Below, piece by piece: positions 24,501 through 37,375 of a stretch of 64,000 nucleotides of DNA. The notes under the pieces were generated by a model, which was not told the DNA's origin, did no database searches, and saw only the letters and a list, made by a program, of their open reading frames with translations. The first letter of the stretch is position 1. Every line of letters starts with the position of its first letter. Source of the DNA: Leucoraja erinacea (Eukaryota); assembly GCF_028641065.1 (NCBI RefSeq), contig NC_073415.1, forward strand, positions 9,176,001 to 9,240,000, written 5' to 3'. A program made the position numbers and the translations under genes.

Positions 24501-27500
24501 AGATGCAGCATGGAAACAGGCCAAGGGTCCACCGAGTCCAAGCCGACTATTCATACTAGTCCGCGCTATCCCGGTTTTACATCCACTCCCTACTCTCCAC
24601 GGGCAGTTTTACAGATGGCCAAATCCGCACCTCTTTGGGATGTTGGAGAAAACCGGAGCATCCGTAAGAAACTCCCACAGTTGCAGGAAGAGCGTTTAGC
24701 CTCCACACATGCAGCACGCAGGGTCAGGGTCCAACCTGGGTCTGTGTTGCTGTGAAGCCCCCGCTGTACCCGCCGTGCCACTGTGCCTCCCTTCGGCACG
24801 AGGGTTTGCAGTGGGAGGCTGTTGCCCTTTCATGCAGGGTTCAGAACTAGCGGGATCAAAGACTGGGCACCCATCCAGGTGAGGCTTGGTGCGGGAAATT
24901 GGACTGTACGTGCATCATGGCTCAGTCCTGCTCTTGCTGCCTTCATCAGTACATTCCAACAGGGGACAATGGCCTGGGACCCTGAGCTGATTCAGGGAGA
25001 TGGTCACCAAACTGTGAGCAGTGAGATGCCTTCAAGTTTAGAGAGGTTCCAAGTGAAATCTGCTGCATGAGTTGTCGAGTGATAAACAGAAACCCAGTCT
25101 CTCACAACACGTCCCTCTCTGATTCACAGTGATAACAACGAAATGGAGATAGAAAAGGCGAAGCCCAATAAAGAAGAGGATGGGCCGAAAGGTAAATGCC
25201 ACGCTGAAGCTGCTCATCATTGGTCCGGCGCTCCAGATCCCAGGAATACCCACACGGGCAGCCAACTGGTGTGGTGGCTGAGCTGCATCCACTGGGATTG
25301 TTCACTGCGCTGTAATTGGGTTTAGTCAACCTGGGAAACCAAAGGGGCACTCCTAGGAATCCCACGCAGTCCCACGAGAGAGACTTGCCGTGCCCCCTAA
25401 ACCAGCCCCATAATACTGGGAAGGATTTCAAAGCACAAAAGCTTTTAGTTCCTGGGTGAAATATCTGCCATCTGTTCAAAGCATGAAGCCTCTGGCAAGA
25501 TAATGGGTTAGTCCATAGAATGGGTATTGTCTGTGGTACATGAGGAGACCACACCCTTCATTGGACCGTGCCTGGTGATTATGTACTCAGCAGCCCCAGA
25601 AATGTCACTGGACGCCTCCACTTGCCTCAGACACGGGATAAATAAGAAGAGTGAGGTTGCCACCACTCTCCTGCGTCCTTGCCCAACCCATTCTAGACTC
25701 TCCCCTTTCCCCATCCTCACCCCCACTCGCTCTGTCCCCTCCTCTCTGCCACACGTCGCTCCTCCTCCCCACCCTCCCCACCCCATGGTGGTTTGAGTTT
25801 TCCAGATGTTGTGGAATTCTGCTTTTCAGGAATTGACGAAGATTCGGAGAGCAGCGAGGAGAGCGAAGAGGAGAAGCCGGCGGAAGAGAAAGAGGAGGAG
25901 GACGATGAGAAGAAATCCACGGGCCCCGAGAGAAAAGAAAAGAAGAAGAAAGGTGAGGATTGGAATCTGCTTATTGCTGCGTTTCTCTTTTATCAATTTT
26001 ATGATACTCTCAGTGAGCCGGCCTGAACTACTATCGGACTATCTTTATTAAAACTTTATTGGCCTTACCTTGCACTAAACGTTATTCCCTTATCTTCTTG
26101 TGAATGATACATAAACCAAAGGAATAGTTAGATCTCAAGCCGGGTTTGTGTCTGTTGGCGTCAATGTCTGCCAGGCCCTGACACAGCTCCATTTGGTGGG
26201 TGGCAGAGCGGGCACCCAGAGATGACGTGGTTGGCTGTCTGTTGTTCTGCTCTGCATTCACGGGCTGGACTCTGGTGGAGGGAGCCTCCATCTCCACACG
26301 CTGGCGTTGAAACACCCAACTCCAGTACCAAGTCTGTTGAGCTTCACCCATGCTCCTCTTATCATTTAACTATATACTGTAACTGGATCGATTGTAATCA
26401 TGTATTGTCTTTCTGCTGACTGGTTAGCACGCAACAAAAGATTGTCACTGTACCTCGGTACACGTGACAATAAACTAAACTGAGAACAACTCGTCTGTGC
26501 AAATTTGAGCACGCTATTAACGTAACCCTGCAAAGTGTCATCAATGGTTCTGGTTGCACCAGTATGTCTGTTTGTGGGTGATTTCAGATCCTGGCTGGAA
26601 GCAACAACATTGGAAACCAGGTCACAGTGCTTTTACTGAGGGGATAATACTCTGGTGCCACACACTGTCCCCACCACCACTCCATACACACCCTCTTAGC
26701 CGCGGGGATCACGGAAACCTGATATTATAGTGACTCAAATCATGTGATAGGAGCAGAATTAGGCCATTCAGCCCATCAAGTCTACTCCGCCATTCAATCA
26801 TGGCTGATCTATCTCTTGCCCTGTCCCCATAACCCCTGACACCCGTACTAATCAACAATCTATCTATCTCTGCCGTAAAGATATCCATGAGTCATTTGTG
26901 CTTCTTACAGACAGCAGTGAGGAGTCGGAATCGTCAGATGAAAGTGACATTGAGTCGGAAGCCGCCTCTGCTCTCTTCATGCTGGTAAGCGTCTCGGTTA
27001 CAATCCAGACCCACTCCCCCTGGAGCCTGACCTGACCCATGGTTGAACCTCACGTTTCTGCTTCTGTTTCAAGAAAAAGAAAACGCCTCCGAAGAAAGAC
27101 TGGAGAGGCTCGAATAACAGCTCGCGTGGGAATAGTCGCCCTGGCACGCCCACGCCGCAGATCAGCACCTCGAATACACTCAGAGCAGCCGCCAGCAAGC
27201 TGGAACAAGGTGAGCATAAGTGATAGGAGCAGAATTAGGCCATTCAGCCCATCAGGTCTACTCCTCCATTCAATCATGGCTGATCTATCTCTCCTTCCTA
27301 ACCCCATTCTCCTGCCTTCTCCCCATCACACTGTGAATGATACTAATGAATGTTTCGATGCTGAGAATGTCGCAAGATCTTTTGCACTGTTCTTGTTTTA
27401 TGTTTTGATTTTTATTCTGAATTAAGTTTATATTTGGAAATAAAATATTAACTGTCATGCAATTGCAGTAAGCAGTCAGGAGAGCAGGTAGTATGTTGGC

Positions 27501-29520
27501 CTCTATTGCAAAAGGATTGAACTACAAGGATGAGAATGTCTCACTGGGACTATACGGGGTGGTGAGATGGCACCTAGAATGTTGCATACGAGTCTAGTCT
27601 CCTTATCTGAGTAACAATAAACTTGCCAGAGACCAAGTGTGATAACTGATGGGTTTTTTCTGTCGGGAGACATGAAGCAGACTGCACTGGTACTCTGCGC
27701 GTTGAGGAGAATAAGAAGCAATGTTACTGAAGAGCACAGAATTCTCATGGGGCATGACAGGGTAGATGCAAGGATGTTGCTTCCCTGAATTAACGTGGAC
27801 ACTACCTGAATATAAAGGGCCAGCCGTTCAGGATCTGGAAGAGAAGATAGTTTTTTGCCCAGGGCATAGAGAATCATTTTCCCGAAGCATCTGGAGGTTT
27901 GGTGGCTGAGTATATTCAAGGCAAGGATCTATAAGAACTATGGATTTTGAAGGCATCAAGAGATACGGGGATAATACAGAAATAATGGCACTGAGGTAAA
28001 AGATCAGCTGTGATCTTACTGAAGATTGATTAGTACGGGTGTCAAGGGTTATGGGGAGAATGGGGTTGAGAGGGAAAGATACATCAGCCATGATTGAATG
28101 GTGGTGAGGACTAGATGGGCCAAATGGCTTAATTCTGTTCCTTTGACATGAACATGAATGGTGAAGCACTTGCATGTGTAGGTCCAGGGTTGAGGAGGGT
28201 GTGTGCTGTGTGGTCTGGGCATGGTGGAGAAACCATCCCCACCCAGCACCCTCGATCTCGGTACTGGGGGTGTAGGGCCAGGGTACCAAGGTCCCTGCTG
28301 GAGGATGGGAATGGGAATATGAAGAGGATGAATCTACACGTGAGAATTGAGCCTACTTAATGCATTTCGTTGTCTCTGTACTGTACACTGACAATGACAA
28401 TTAAAATTGAATCTGAATCTGAATCTGTACTTACCTCCCGTCTTTGCGCTCGTTCCCAGGGAAACGACAGGCCGGCTCCGCCGAAACCCCCGCGGCCAAA
28501 CGGCTGAAAATGGACGCAGGAGCGCAGTCGGCGTCTGGTAAATCCACGCCTCAGCCGCAGTCCGGCAAATCCACACCGAGCAGCAGGTGAGTGCGCCAGC
28601 CCGCGGCCAGACTCGTCCTCACTACACACTCCCTGACTATCTCATCAGATTTTCTCTTGCACTAAACATTATTCCCTTTGTTAGGTATATGTACGCTGTG
28701 GACAGCTCAATTGTAATCATGTATAGTCTTTCCACTGACTGGTTAGCACACAACAAATAACTTTTTGCTGCACCTCAGTACAGGTGACAATAAACTAAAC
28801 TAAGATACCTCCATTGTCCCTCTCCCTGACTCTTAGTCTGATGAAGGGTCTCAACCCGAAACATCACCTATCCCTTACCTCCAGAGATGCTGCCTATCCC
28901 GCTGAGTTACTACAGTACACTGTGCCTGCCTTCAAACTAAATGAAGAGTCTTGTTGTAACCATATGTTGTCTTTCCGCTAACTGGATAGTAAGTAAGTTT
29001 TATTTATATAGCACGTTTAAATCAACTCGCGTTGAAACCACAGTGTTTCACATAAAATAAATAAATAAGTTTCCGTACATCCATAGAAAATATTTAAAAA
29101 AGAATAATGACACAACACATTCTAGAATTCAACTTATAGATAGCATGCAACGTAGCATTTCTCCGTACCTCGGTACACGTGACAATAAACTAAACTAAAA
29201 TGTGGGGAAGATAAAATGTGATGAGTGTAAATGGCCAGAGGGAGGTCGATGGGCTGAGTGGCCTGTCTCTGTGACTGTGATACTAATTTTAACGCTGCCT
29301 GCCCCACAGTGATATCCAGCTGACAGAAGAGGCAGTGCGTCGATACCTGACCCGCAAACCTATGACCACCAAGGACCTACTGAAGAAGTTCCAGACAAAG
29401 AAGACGGGGCTGAGCAGCGAACAGACTGTTAATGTGCTGGCACAGATCCTGAAGAAACTCAACCCCGAGCGCAAGATGATCAATGACAAGATGCACTTCT
29501 TCCTGAAGGAAGTCAACTGA
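18548..29520 (+). CDS. GTF2F1: General transcription factor IIF subunit 1 (RAP74), 13 coding exons
   Basis: Coding exons with consistent phases: 18548-18559 (caccATGGCAAATCTG|gtaagc), 19708-19754, 20398-20470, 21323-21516, 22256-22426, 23163-23365, 23938-24091, 25130-25191, 25830-25952, 26911-26984, 27074-27209, 28460-28586, 29310-29520. The peptides TEYTVRVPKN, ERDLSNKKIYQEE, FTQCPDGAFEAFPV, KKKGSDDEAFEDSDDGDFEGQEVDY and the C-terminal winged helix VRRYLTRKPMTTKDLLKKFQTKKTGLSSEQTVNVLAQILK match RAP74. Confidence 0.97.
20933..21247 (+). mobile_element. Near full-length HE1/V-SINE-like tRNA-derived SINE
   Basis: B-box GGTTCGATCC at 20981-20990, central ccggtttcctcccacactccaaagacg core, LINE-like 3' tail ending (taaac)n. 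Confidence 0.8.
21538..21712. mobile_element. Inverted pair of short Penelope-type elements starting ~20 nt after a GTF2F1 donor
   Basis: gctggagtaactcagtgggacaggcagcatctctggagaa ... ttctccagagatgctgcctgacccactgagttacgcca. Confidence 0.75.
21713..21995 (-). mobile_element. Young CR1 LINE 3' end with a (catagaaa)n tail
   Basis: Nearly identical to the copies at 54518-54701 and 56236-56600. Confidence 0.8.
23653..23895 (-). mobile_element. HE1-like SINE next to the assembly gap at 23523-23652
   Basis: Reverse-complement SINE body with the reverse B-box ggatcgaacc. Confidence 0.75.
27440..28145 (+). mobile_element. Degenerate CR1 LINE 3' region (RT end plus UTR)
   Basis: ttgcaaaaggattgaactacaag...ggggcatgacagggtagatgcaaggatgtt...; ends in a CR1 3' UTR (catcagccatgattgaatgg). 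Confidence 0.55.
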
Positions 29521-30567
29521 GGGCTTGGCCGGCGAGTGTGTAGGTAGCTGTCTGACTCTGTCCTGCCTGAGTAAGGGATGATCCCAGAGCAGTCTGTCTC
29601 TGTATATAATTGTGGTTCACGTATTTTTACCTTTCACACTCTTGGCCTGGATCAAGGGCTGAGGGTGGGAGGCTTCACCTGAAGTGACTGCCCCAGCTGG
29701 GAATGGTGGGTGTATGTCTGGTGTGGCCAGGGTGTGAGAAGTGGGAGCAGCCCCCCCCCCCCCCCCCCCCCCCGATGCAGGAGGCAGTTGTCTCCGGACC
29801 GAAGAGAGACCTGCCTCAGGTAATTGAAGCTGTGACACTTCCCCCCCCCCCCCCCCCCCCCCTCAACCCAACCAGGGAACAGCTTTTAGTGGGAGCGCCA
29901 TAGGGTGGGCCCTGGATTCACGGGGAAAGGCAACACGTCTAGAATTGGGACCAAGATACATAACGACAATGCTGTCTGTACACAAGAGCTTTTAAACTTG
30001 CAGACAGAGGTGGCCACTGCCTCTATAAACTGTAGAATTAACAACAAGAAGTCCCTTCTCGGCAGCGCCACTCACCACTTCCCCTTGTGCTCCCCAGTGC
30101 CAGCACTGGTCCACAAAGGTGATCACAGTCACGGTGGACTTGCCCAAGGAAAGGAGCCAGGACTGAGAACTCCATCTTGACTGGGGCCTGTGCAAAGGGT
30201 CAGGACACAACAGGACTGATCCACTGGGACTCTGGTGGCTGGGAGTGAGGGCAAAATGTAACGCAGGGATCGAGTCTCCACCCAGTGTCGCAGTGCCTTG
30301 CTCTTCGTCAGAGCACAAGGAACCGCAGATGCTGGTTTGCAAAAAACACACAAAGTGCTGGAGTAACTCAGCGGGTCAGGCAGCATCCCTGGAGGGAATG
30401 GTTATGCCACGTTTCGGATCAGGCCCCTACAGATGGAGAAAGTTTGGAGAAACGTAGCTTACTAGGTGTGTGTGGCAGAGATGTGGCACTTTGTGTGGTG
30501 TTTTTGCTCTGAATTGATGAGGTTGTAATTTACAGTTCATTCTTGAGGCAGGACCGACCCATCCTCT

Positions 30568-30573
30568 AATAAA
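30568..30573 (+). terminator. Candidate poly(A) signal of GTF2F1
   Basis: First AATAAA seen after the stop, about 1.05 kb downstream, followed by U/GU-rich sequence. Confidence 0.45.
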
Positions 30574-30612
30574 ATGGCCAATGGTTTTCATCCCATTTGT
30601 TGCATCACTGCA

Positions 30613-30657
30613 GTGGGTGTGTAAGCTGTGGGTGTGTAAGCTGTGGGTGTGTAAGCT
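30613..30657 (+). repeat. 15-bp tandem repeat (gtgggtgtgtaagct) x3
   Basis: Three exact units. Confidence 0.85.
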
Positions 30658-30779
30658 CTGGGGGTGGGGAGGGGGATCTCTTGTCCTGATGGGCACACGG
30701 ACGGGGCTGACCCCTGCTGGCCCTAGCCTCGCTCTCGGGAAACATAAATCAAGAGCAAAAGCCTTCGGACAGTCACTAA

Positions 30780-30955
30780 ATGCTGGAGGAACTCAGCAGA
30801 TCAGGCAGCATCTCTGGAGAAAAAGGATGGGTGATGTTTCAGGTCGAGACCTTTCTGAAGTTTGAATCTGAGGAAGGGTCTCGACCCGAAATGTCACCTA
30901 TTCCTTTTCTCCAGTGATGCTGCCTGACCCGCTGAGTCACTCCAGCACTTTATAT
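30780..30955. mobile_element. Inverted pair of Penelope-type hammerhead elements
   Basis: A minus copy (gatgtttcaggtcgagacc) abuts a plus copy CTGAGGAAGGGTCTCGACCCGAAATGTC at 30868-30895. Confidence 0.75.
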
Positions 30956-33335
30956 CTGTCTTCCCTCGTGGACTGTTCCATCGTCTGTCCCAAGCACGTC
31001 TTGCCCCCCCCCCCCCTACAATCCCCTGACTCGGAGGACAGAACGATCTCCGAGCCACGGATGATCCCAGTTTGCCTTTAAATGGTGAGATGTGAGGTGA
31101 TGATTTGCTGTCGGCTGGTGGCGAGCAGTGCCCTTGGTGAATGGGTCATGGGGCACGTGGTGGGGCAGGGGGGTGTCGCTTTGCCTGGTGAACACCGCGG
31201 AGGTCTCGGGCTGAGCAGCCGCTGGAAATGCCTGAGATACCATCTTAATACCACAGGCGTGCTTCATTCACCTAGTGACTGTGTTCAAAGCATTCCTCAG
31301 GCTGGGTGTCACCTGGAGGGGCTAAAGAGAGGGACCCTCACTCGGGCTGAGTGTGGAGCAACCCCAGACTACAGCGGGAGCTCCTGAAGCAGTGACTGGC
31401 CTGTTAATCATCCCCACTGCAATCCACACATATCTCAAAACAAAGAGGAATATTTTTCCGTCAATGAAATTTATTTACAGGTTGAAGGTTTTGGGGCTGG
31501 ACAGATAGTTGTCTTCCATTTCCTGGTTTGTTCCATTGCCGACATTACATTCCTGCCATGGCGATCAGTGCATCTGGTAAATCTCAAAACAATGCCAGCT
31601 GTCTAGCTTCATGTAACCACACGAGGAAATCATTCCCTTCTCCCAAAAACAAAATTCTAGCGGCTTTACAACGGGCTCCATTTACTGTGGGCTGAAACCT
31701 CTTCGAAAGTGGACAGTATGGAGACATTGCACAAAGATAGTGCCCATACAGACCTGACATAGCTACACGCACGGGCTCTGATATGGATGCTACAGGTTGG
31801 GACCCTTTGTTAGACACAGTCGCTGTGAATCTGCCCACTGTATACATTCCACTGACATGGTTATTCACTGAGTTTGATGCCGCAGAGACGGAGTCGAACT
31901 TTGGTGTTAAGTTGCACAGGCACTTGGACGCTCCTTGGGGGATAGACACAAAGTGCTTGAGTATCTCAGCAGGTCAGGCAGCACCTCAGGAGGGAACGAG
32001 CAGGTAACGTTTTGGTCAGAATGCTTCTTCAGACTGCCCTGAGGTGTCAAGTCCCACCGGGATGGTCTTACAGACATCAGCAGCTTGGGGTTTATCTTTT
32101 GTGCTTCACAGGAGCGATTAGAAACAACATGTAATTTGTCAGGCAGCATCTGTGGAGGACGTGGATCCATGTTCCTCCAGCATTTTATTGTTATAAGGAA
32201 ATACGACTTGTGGTTGCCAAGTGGTTTAGTTATGATGGACCACAACTTTGGATAAAACCTCATGTGGTGTTCAGGAGGGATTTAGATCGGGCATGGACAT
32301 GGATGGAAATGGATCTCGTGCAATCAGATGAGATGAGTTTATCTGGCGTCACGTTCAGCACAGATATTGTGAGCAAAAGCCCTGTCCCTGTGTAGGAAGG
32401 AACTGCACTGAAGTTAGACACAAAGCGCTGGACTGACTCAGCTGGTCAGGCAGCATCTCCAGAGCAAAACCATGGGTGATGTTTTGGGTCGGAACCCTTC
32501 TTCAGGCTGTGTTCATAAGGTCATAGAGAGAGAGAGAGCTAGATAAGGTTCTTATAGATAGCGGACGGAGTCAGGGGATATGGGGAGAAGGCAGGAACGG
32601 GGTACTGATTGTGGATGATCAGCCATGATCACATTGAAGGTGCTGGCTCCTATTCCTATGAGTAGAATTAGGCCATTTGTCCCATCAAGTCTACTCCGCT
32701 ATTCAATCATGGCTGATCTATGTCTCCCTCCTAACCCCGTTCTCCTGCCCTCCACATAACCCCTGACACCCGTATAGCTCTGCCATAAATATATCCACTG
32801 ACTTGGCCTCCACAGCACCCGGAGAAAACCCACACAGTCACAGGGAGAATATGCAAACTCCGTACAGACAGCACCGGTAGTCAGGATGGAACCCCGGTCT
32901 CTGGCGCTGTGAGGCAGCAACTCTACCGCTGTGCTGGTGGCAATCCTCTCCCACCTCCCTTCCCCAACTGCCCCGACCCCTCTCCATTGCCAGCTGCGGT
33001 ACCTGTGCAGCGTTGGGGCTACCCCCTTGGCACGGGTAAGCTCCTGGCGAGGACGGGGGGTGTTCAGGATCGACATGGAGTGCCAGGGGGAGAGCTGTGG
33101 CACCCGCACGCTGATTCCGATTTGATTCTTGCCAAGGGCCAGGCGGCTGGAATTCTTCAACTATCAGAGGATTATCTGGGATTAGGAGCTGCCACGGAGC
33201 GGCTGTGAAGAAGTGTACAGGATTGATGGGTCTGTGTCCTCGCGTTGTACTTTTCAAAGCTCTTTCTAGTCAGAATCCTGGTGTTTATTTCAGCACTAGA
33301 TCCAATGCTACAAGTAACCCTTCCACTGCTACATC

Positions 33336-33430
33336 CTGAAGAAGGGTCTCGACCCGAAACATCACCCATTCCTTCTCTCCAGAGATGCTGCCTGTCCCGC
33401 TGTGTTACTCCAGCTTTTTGTGTCTATCTT
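33336..33430 (+). mobile_element. Penelope-type element with hammerhead core
   Basis: CTGAAGAAGGGTCTCGACCCGAAACATC at 33336-33363, followed by the family body. Confidence 0.75.
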
Positions 33431-34928
33431 CTGACAAAGTATAGGCATGGAGTACAAGTACAATATTCAACACGTATCTCCTTACAACAGAGGAGTCCTT
33501 TCAGCCCATCAATACTATACCAGTCCTGAGAGCAATCCCATTATCCCACTTATTTCCCTCTAGCCTATTCTGCCTCAAATCAACGGCCACCAACGAGCTG
33601 ACATTCCAGGGGCAATGTTCAACAGCCAATTAGCACGTCTATGAGATGTGAGAGGTTACTGTGGCATCCAGGGGAATCTCCACCCGGGCACAGGTAAAAG
33701 GTGCAAACTCCACACAGGCAGCATCGGAGGTAGCACTTGAGCTGGGTTGTTTAAGGTGTGATGCAGCTGCACTACTGAACGTGGAGGAAGCCATTCAACC
33801 CTGTTGCACTAAGGTACACAAAAATGCTGGAGAAACTCAGCGGGTGCAGCAGCATCTATGGAGCGAAGGAAATAGGCAACGTTTCGGGCCGAAACTCTTC
33901 TTCAGACACTGTTTATGTGTCTATGTTGCACTGTTCAGTGGGATCATGGCTGCTCTCTGATCTGACTCCTTAGAACCATTCATCACCTTGTGTTTTGTTA
34001 GATATCTGTGGTGAGAAAAAGCTGTCTTTAAAACGCAATTCCTATCTGTCCCAGCATCAGTGGAGCTTGTGAAAGTGTGGTCCACATACCAGGTATTCAC
34101 TCGTGTCACACATATTTCCTCAGCTCTTTAAAAAGGCTCAGCTCTCAGTTTTGCACTGATCCAACTCCCAGACCACCAGGTGAATCCATCTCCCTCTCTC
34201 TACTTCTCCTTTTATCTCTCTCCCTATCTATTTCCTTCTGCCCCTCTCTCTCTCTATCTTTTGCTGCCCCTCTGATCCTCTCTCTGCCTCTCTCCTCCTC
34301 TGCCTCTGGGAAGACGCCCCAGAGAATGCTAACGCACATGGAACTGCACGCCAGTGAGAATACTGTGGAAGGAACTGCTGCTTTACACTGAAGATAGACA
34401 CAGAATGCTGGAGTAACTCAGCGGGACAGGCAGCATCTCTGGAGAGAAGGAATGGGTGACGTTTTGGGTCGAGACCCTTCTTCAAACTGAGTCCTTCTCC
34501 CCAGAGATGCTGCCTGTCCCGCTGAGTTACTCCAGCATTGTGTGTCTATCCCCCAACAGTGCACTGCTCCTTTGGGACTGCCTTTCTACCTCTGGTACAC
34601 TTCCTCAATATTTGTCCAGTCACAGTGTTTCTGCTCCAGTGTTGAAATGCATCACCAACTCCAAACTTTCTCAATTCGAAGATAGGCGACACAAAAAGCT
34701 GGAGTAACACAGCGGGACGGGCAGCATCTCTGGAGTGAAGGAATGGGTAACGTTTCAGGTCGAGACCCTTCTTCAGACTCAATTCGAGTTGTCTCTGTCT
34801 TCTTACCTACTTATGTCCAGTAATTTTTTTTTAGTTTTATAGAGACTCTGAAGTCTGAAGAAGGGTCTCCACCTGAAACATCGCATTCTTTTATCCAGAG
34901 TTGCTGCCTGACCTGCTGAGTTACTCCA

Positions 34929-35086
34929 GCACTTTGCGCCCACGGTGCAGACCAGCATCTGCAGTTCCTTCCTACACATTGAGACTGAAACCCCACTGGA
35001 AGAGTGGGCACTTTGCGCCCACGGTGCAGACCAGCATCTGCAGTTCCTTCCTACACATTGAGACTGAAACCCCACTGGAAGAGTGG
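34929..35086 (+). repeat. Perfect 79-bp tandem duplication
   Basis: 34929-35007 and 35008-35086 are both gcactttgcgcccacggtgcagaccagcatctgcagttccttcctacacattgagactgaaaccccactggaagagtgg. Confidence 0.9.
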
Positions 35087-35789
35087 GTAACCCCAGCCTG
35101 CCCCCCCCTGCAGGGTTGCATCCCCCCTCTGCCCGGACTCACATCAGCCTGAACTCCAGCATTTTGCGTCTATCTTCAGTTCCTTCCTGAACACGCTATC
35201 TATCAGCTTGCATGTCCTCGCACTAAACAAAACCACCCACTGCTTCCATCGCCCCTGCCTGTGATGCATGTCTGCAATCGTGCCTGTTTACACTTTGATG
35301 GTCAGATGCTGTCTCAGACATGAGTGTGTAATCCCGATTCCTCATTGACCTGGGTCTCGACAGACAGACAGCTATTGTGGAGACCACACCCGCCCCCCCA
35401 TGCAACGGACCCTGCCACAACTGACCATCAGAAGCAGCTCGAACACACAGTCTGATTTATGGCGATTCAGTATTTATAGATTCCGGAATTTTCCTATTTG
35501 GTTATTATCAGAATTCCTTCCATTCTTCTAAACTTTCCTGCATAGTTGTGGGCTGCCCAAGTTATTGCTGCTGTTTATCGCAGCAGCGACAATATTGATA
35601 ATCCCGCATGGATTTTCAATTAGTTGAATAACTGCAAAACATTTAATTTAAAGGAAAATAAAACCACAATCCTCCCTTTATTTGGTGAATTTACTTTCCC
35701 GGGGGAATGTGAAATGTGACCTTTGAGGGATCTAATATAAAACCCGCTGGGCGGCATAATACGAGGCCGGTGGAGCTGATAGTCATAGA

Positions 35790-36177
35790 GCCCACACCGG
35801 TCAACATGTCTCAGCTACACTGGTCCCACCTGCCTGCGCTTGGTCCATATCCCTCCAAACCTGTCCTATCCATGTATCTGTCCAACTGTTTCTTAAACGA
35901 TGGGAGAGTCCCAGTCTCAACTACCTCCTCTGGCATCTTGTTCCATACACCCACCACCCTTTGTGTGAAAAAGTTTGGATTCCCATTAAATGTTTCCCCT
36001 TCAACTTAAACCTATGTCCTCTGGTCATTGATTACCCTACTCTGGGCAAAAGATCTATCAATCTATTCCTCTCATGAATTTGTACACCTCTATAAGATCA
36101 CCCCTCATCCTCCTGCGCTCCATGGAATAGAGACCCAGCCTACTCAACCTCTCCCTATAGCTCACACCCTCCAGTCC
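35790..36177 (-). mobile_element. CR1 LINE 3' fragment
   Basis: Reverse complement of a CR1 RT end (ctatagggagaggttgagtaggctgggtctctattcc...gaggggtgatcttatagagg). Confidence 0.7.
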
Positions 36178-36919
36178 TGTAGCAGGCTTTGGAGACACTG
36201 TTACTAACAATGGATGCAGTTACATTGATTGAAGGTTGAATCTGAGAGTCCAGCACAAGTCTGTCAATGTTTAAGAAACATTGATAGGACAGGTTTAGAG
36301 GGGTATGGGCCAAATGCAGCAGGTGGGACTAGTGTAGCTGGGACATGATGGACAGTGTGGGCAAGTTTGGCCAAAGGTCTTGTTTCCACACTGTATCACT
36401 CTATGACTCGATCAATAAGACCACCTCTCAGTTCTCCTGACTCATGTGTACTGGGTGATCTTAGACTGACCCCAGAAGCCAACCCACCTTATCTCAAAAC
36501 AAAACTATATATCTTCCCCTTACACTTGAGGTTTTTTGGGAGACTTCAGAGAGATATCTTAGACTGGTCCCCAGATCGAGGTCCTTCAGTTCTGTGGGGA
36601 AACTGGAGAAGAAACTGGAAACTGGCATTGTTGTTGGAGTAGAGGATGTCACGAGGAGCTTTGATAGAAGCTTGGAATTAAGAAGGGTTTAGATACAGAA
36701 AATAGCAACTGTTCCTCGTGGCTGGAAGGCCAATAACATCAGCTAAAGTGGACAGCCCTTAAGCAGGACGATGATAAGAGTTGAGATAAATGGCTGTATT
36801 TCAGACTCGGGTGGGGGTGGCAGTGAGGATCACAAGGTTCAGAAGAGTAGGAAGGGTGTGGGGTCTGCTGCCAGGTTGGCTGGTGAAAGCAGATTGAATA
36901 AAAGGCCTTCGAAAAGCAG

Positions 36920-37375
36920 ATGGCGGGACTGTCATATGCTGAGAGAATGGAGCAGCTGGGCTTTTACACTCTGGACTTTAAAAGGATGAGAGGAGATCTC
37001 ATTGAAACATATAAGATTGTTGAGGATTTGGACTCGCTAGGGGCAGGAAACATGTTCCCGATGTTGGAGGAGTCCAGAACCAGGGGCCACACAGTTTAAG
37101 GATAAGGAGTAAGCCATTTAGAACGGAGACGAGAAAACACTTTTTCTCACAGAGAGTGGTGAGTCTGTGGAATTCTCTGCCTCAGAGGGCAGTGGAGGCG
37201 GGTTCTCTGGATGCTTTCAAGAGAGCTAGATAGGGCTCTTAAAAATAGCAGAGTCAGGGGATATGGGGAGAAGGCAGGAGCGGGGTACTGATTGGGGATG
37301 ATCAGCCATGATCACATTGAATGGCGGTGCTGGCTCGAAGGGCCGAATGGCCTACTCCTGCACCTATTGTCTATT
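36920..37375 (+). mobile_element. CR1 LINE 3' portion (RT C-terminus plus 3' UTR)
   Basis: ggactgtcatatgctgagagaatggagcagctggg...gtgagtctgtggaattctctgcctcagagggc...ggctcgaagggccgaatggcctactcctgcacctatt. Confidence 0.8.

Noticed and set aside
29751-29862. Long poly-C runs in the GTF2F1 3' UTR (also at ~11616-11634)
   Set aside because: Homopolymer lengths are unreliable in assemblies and there is no evidence of function.
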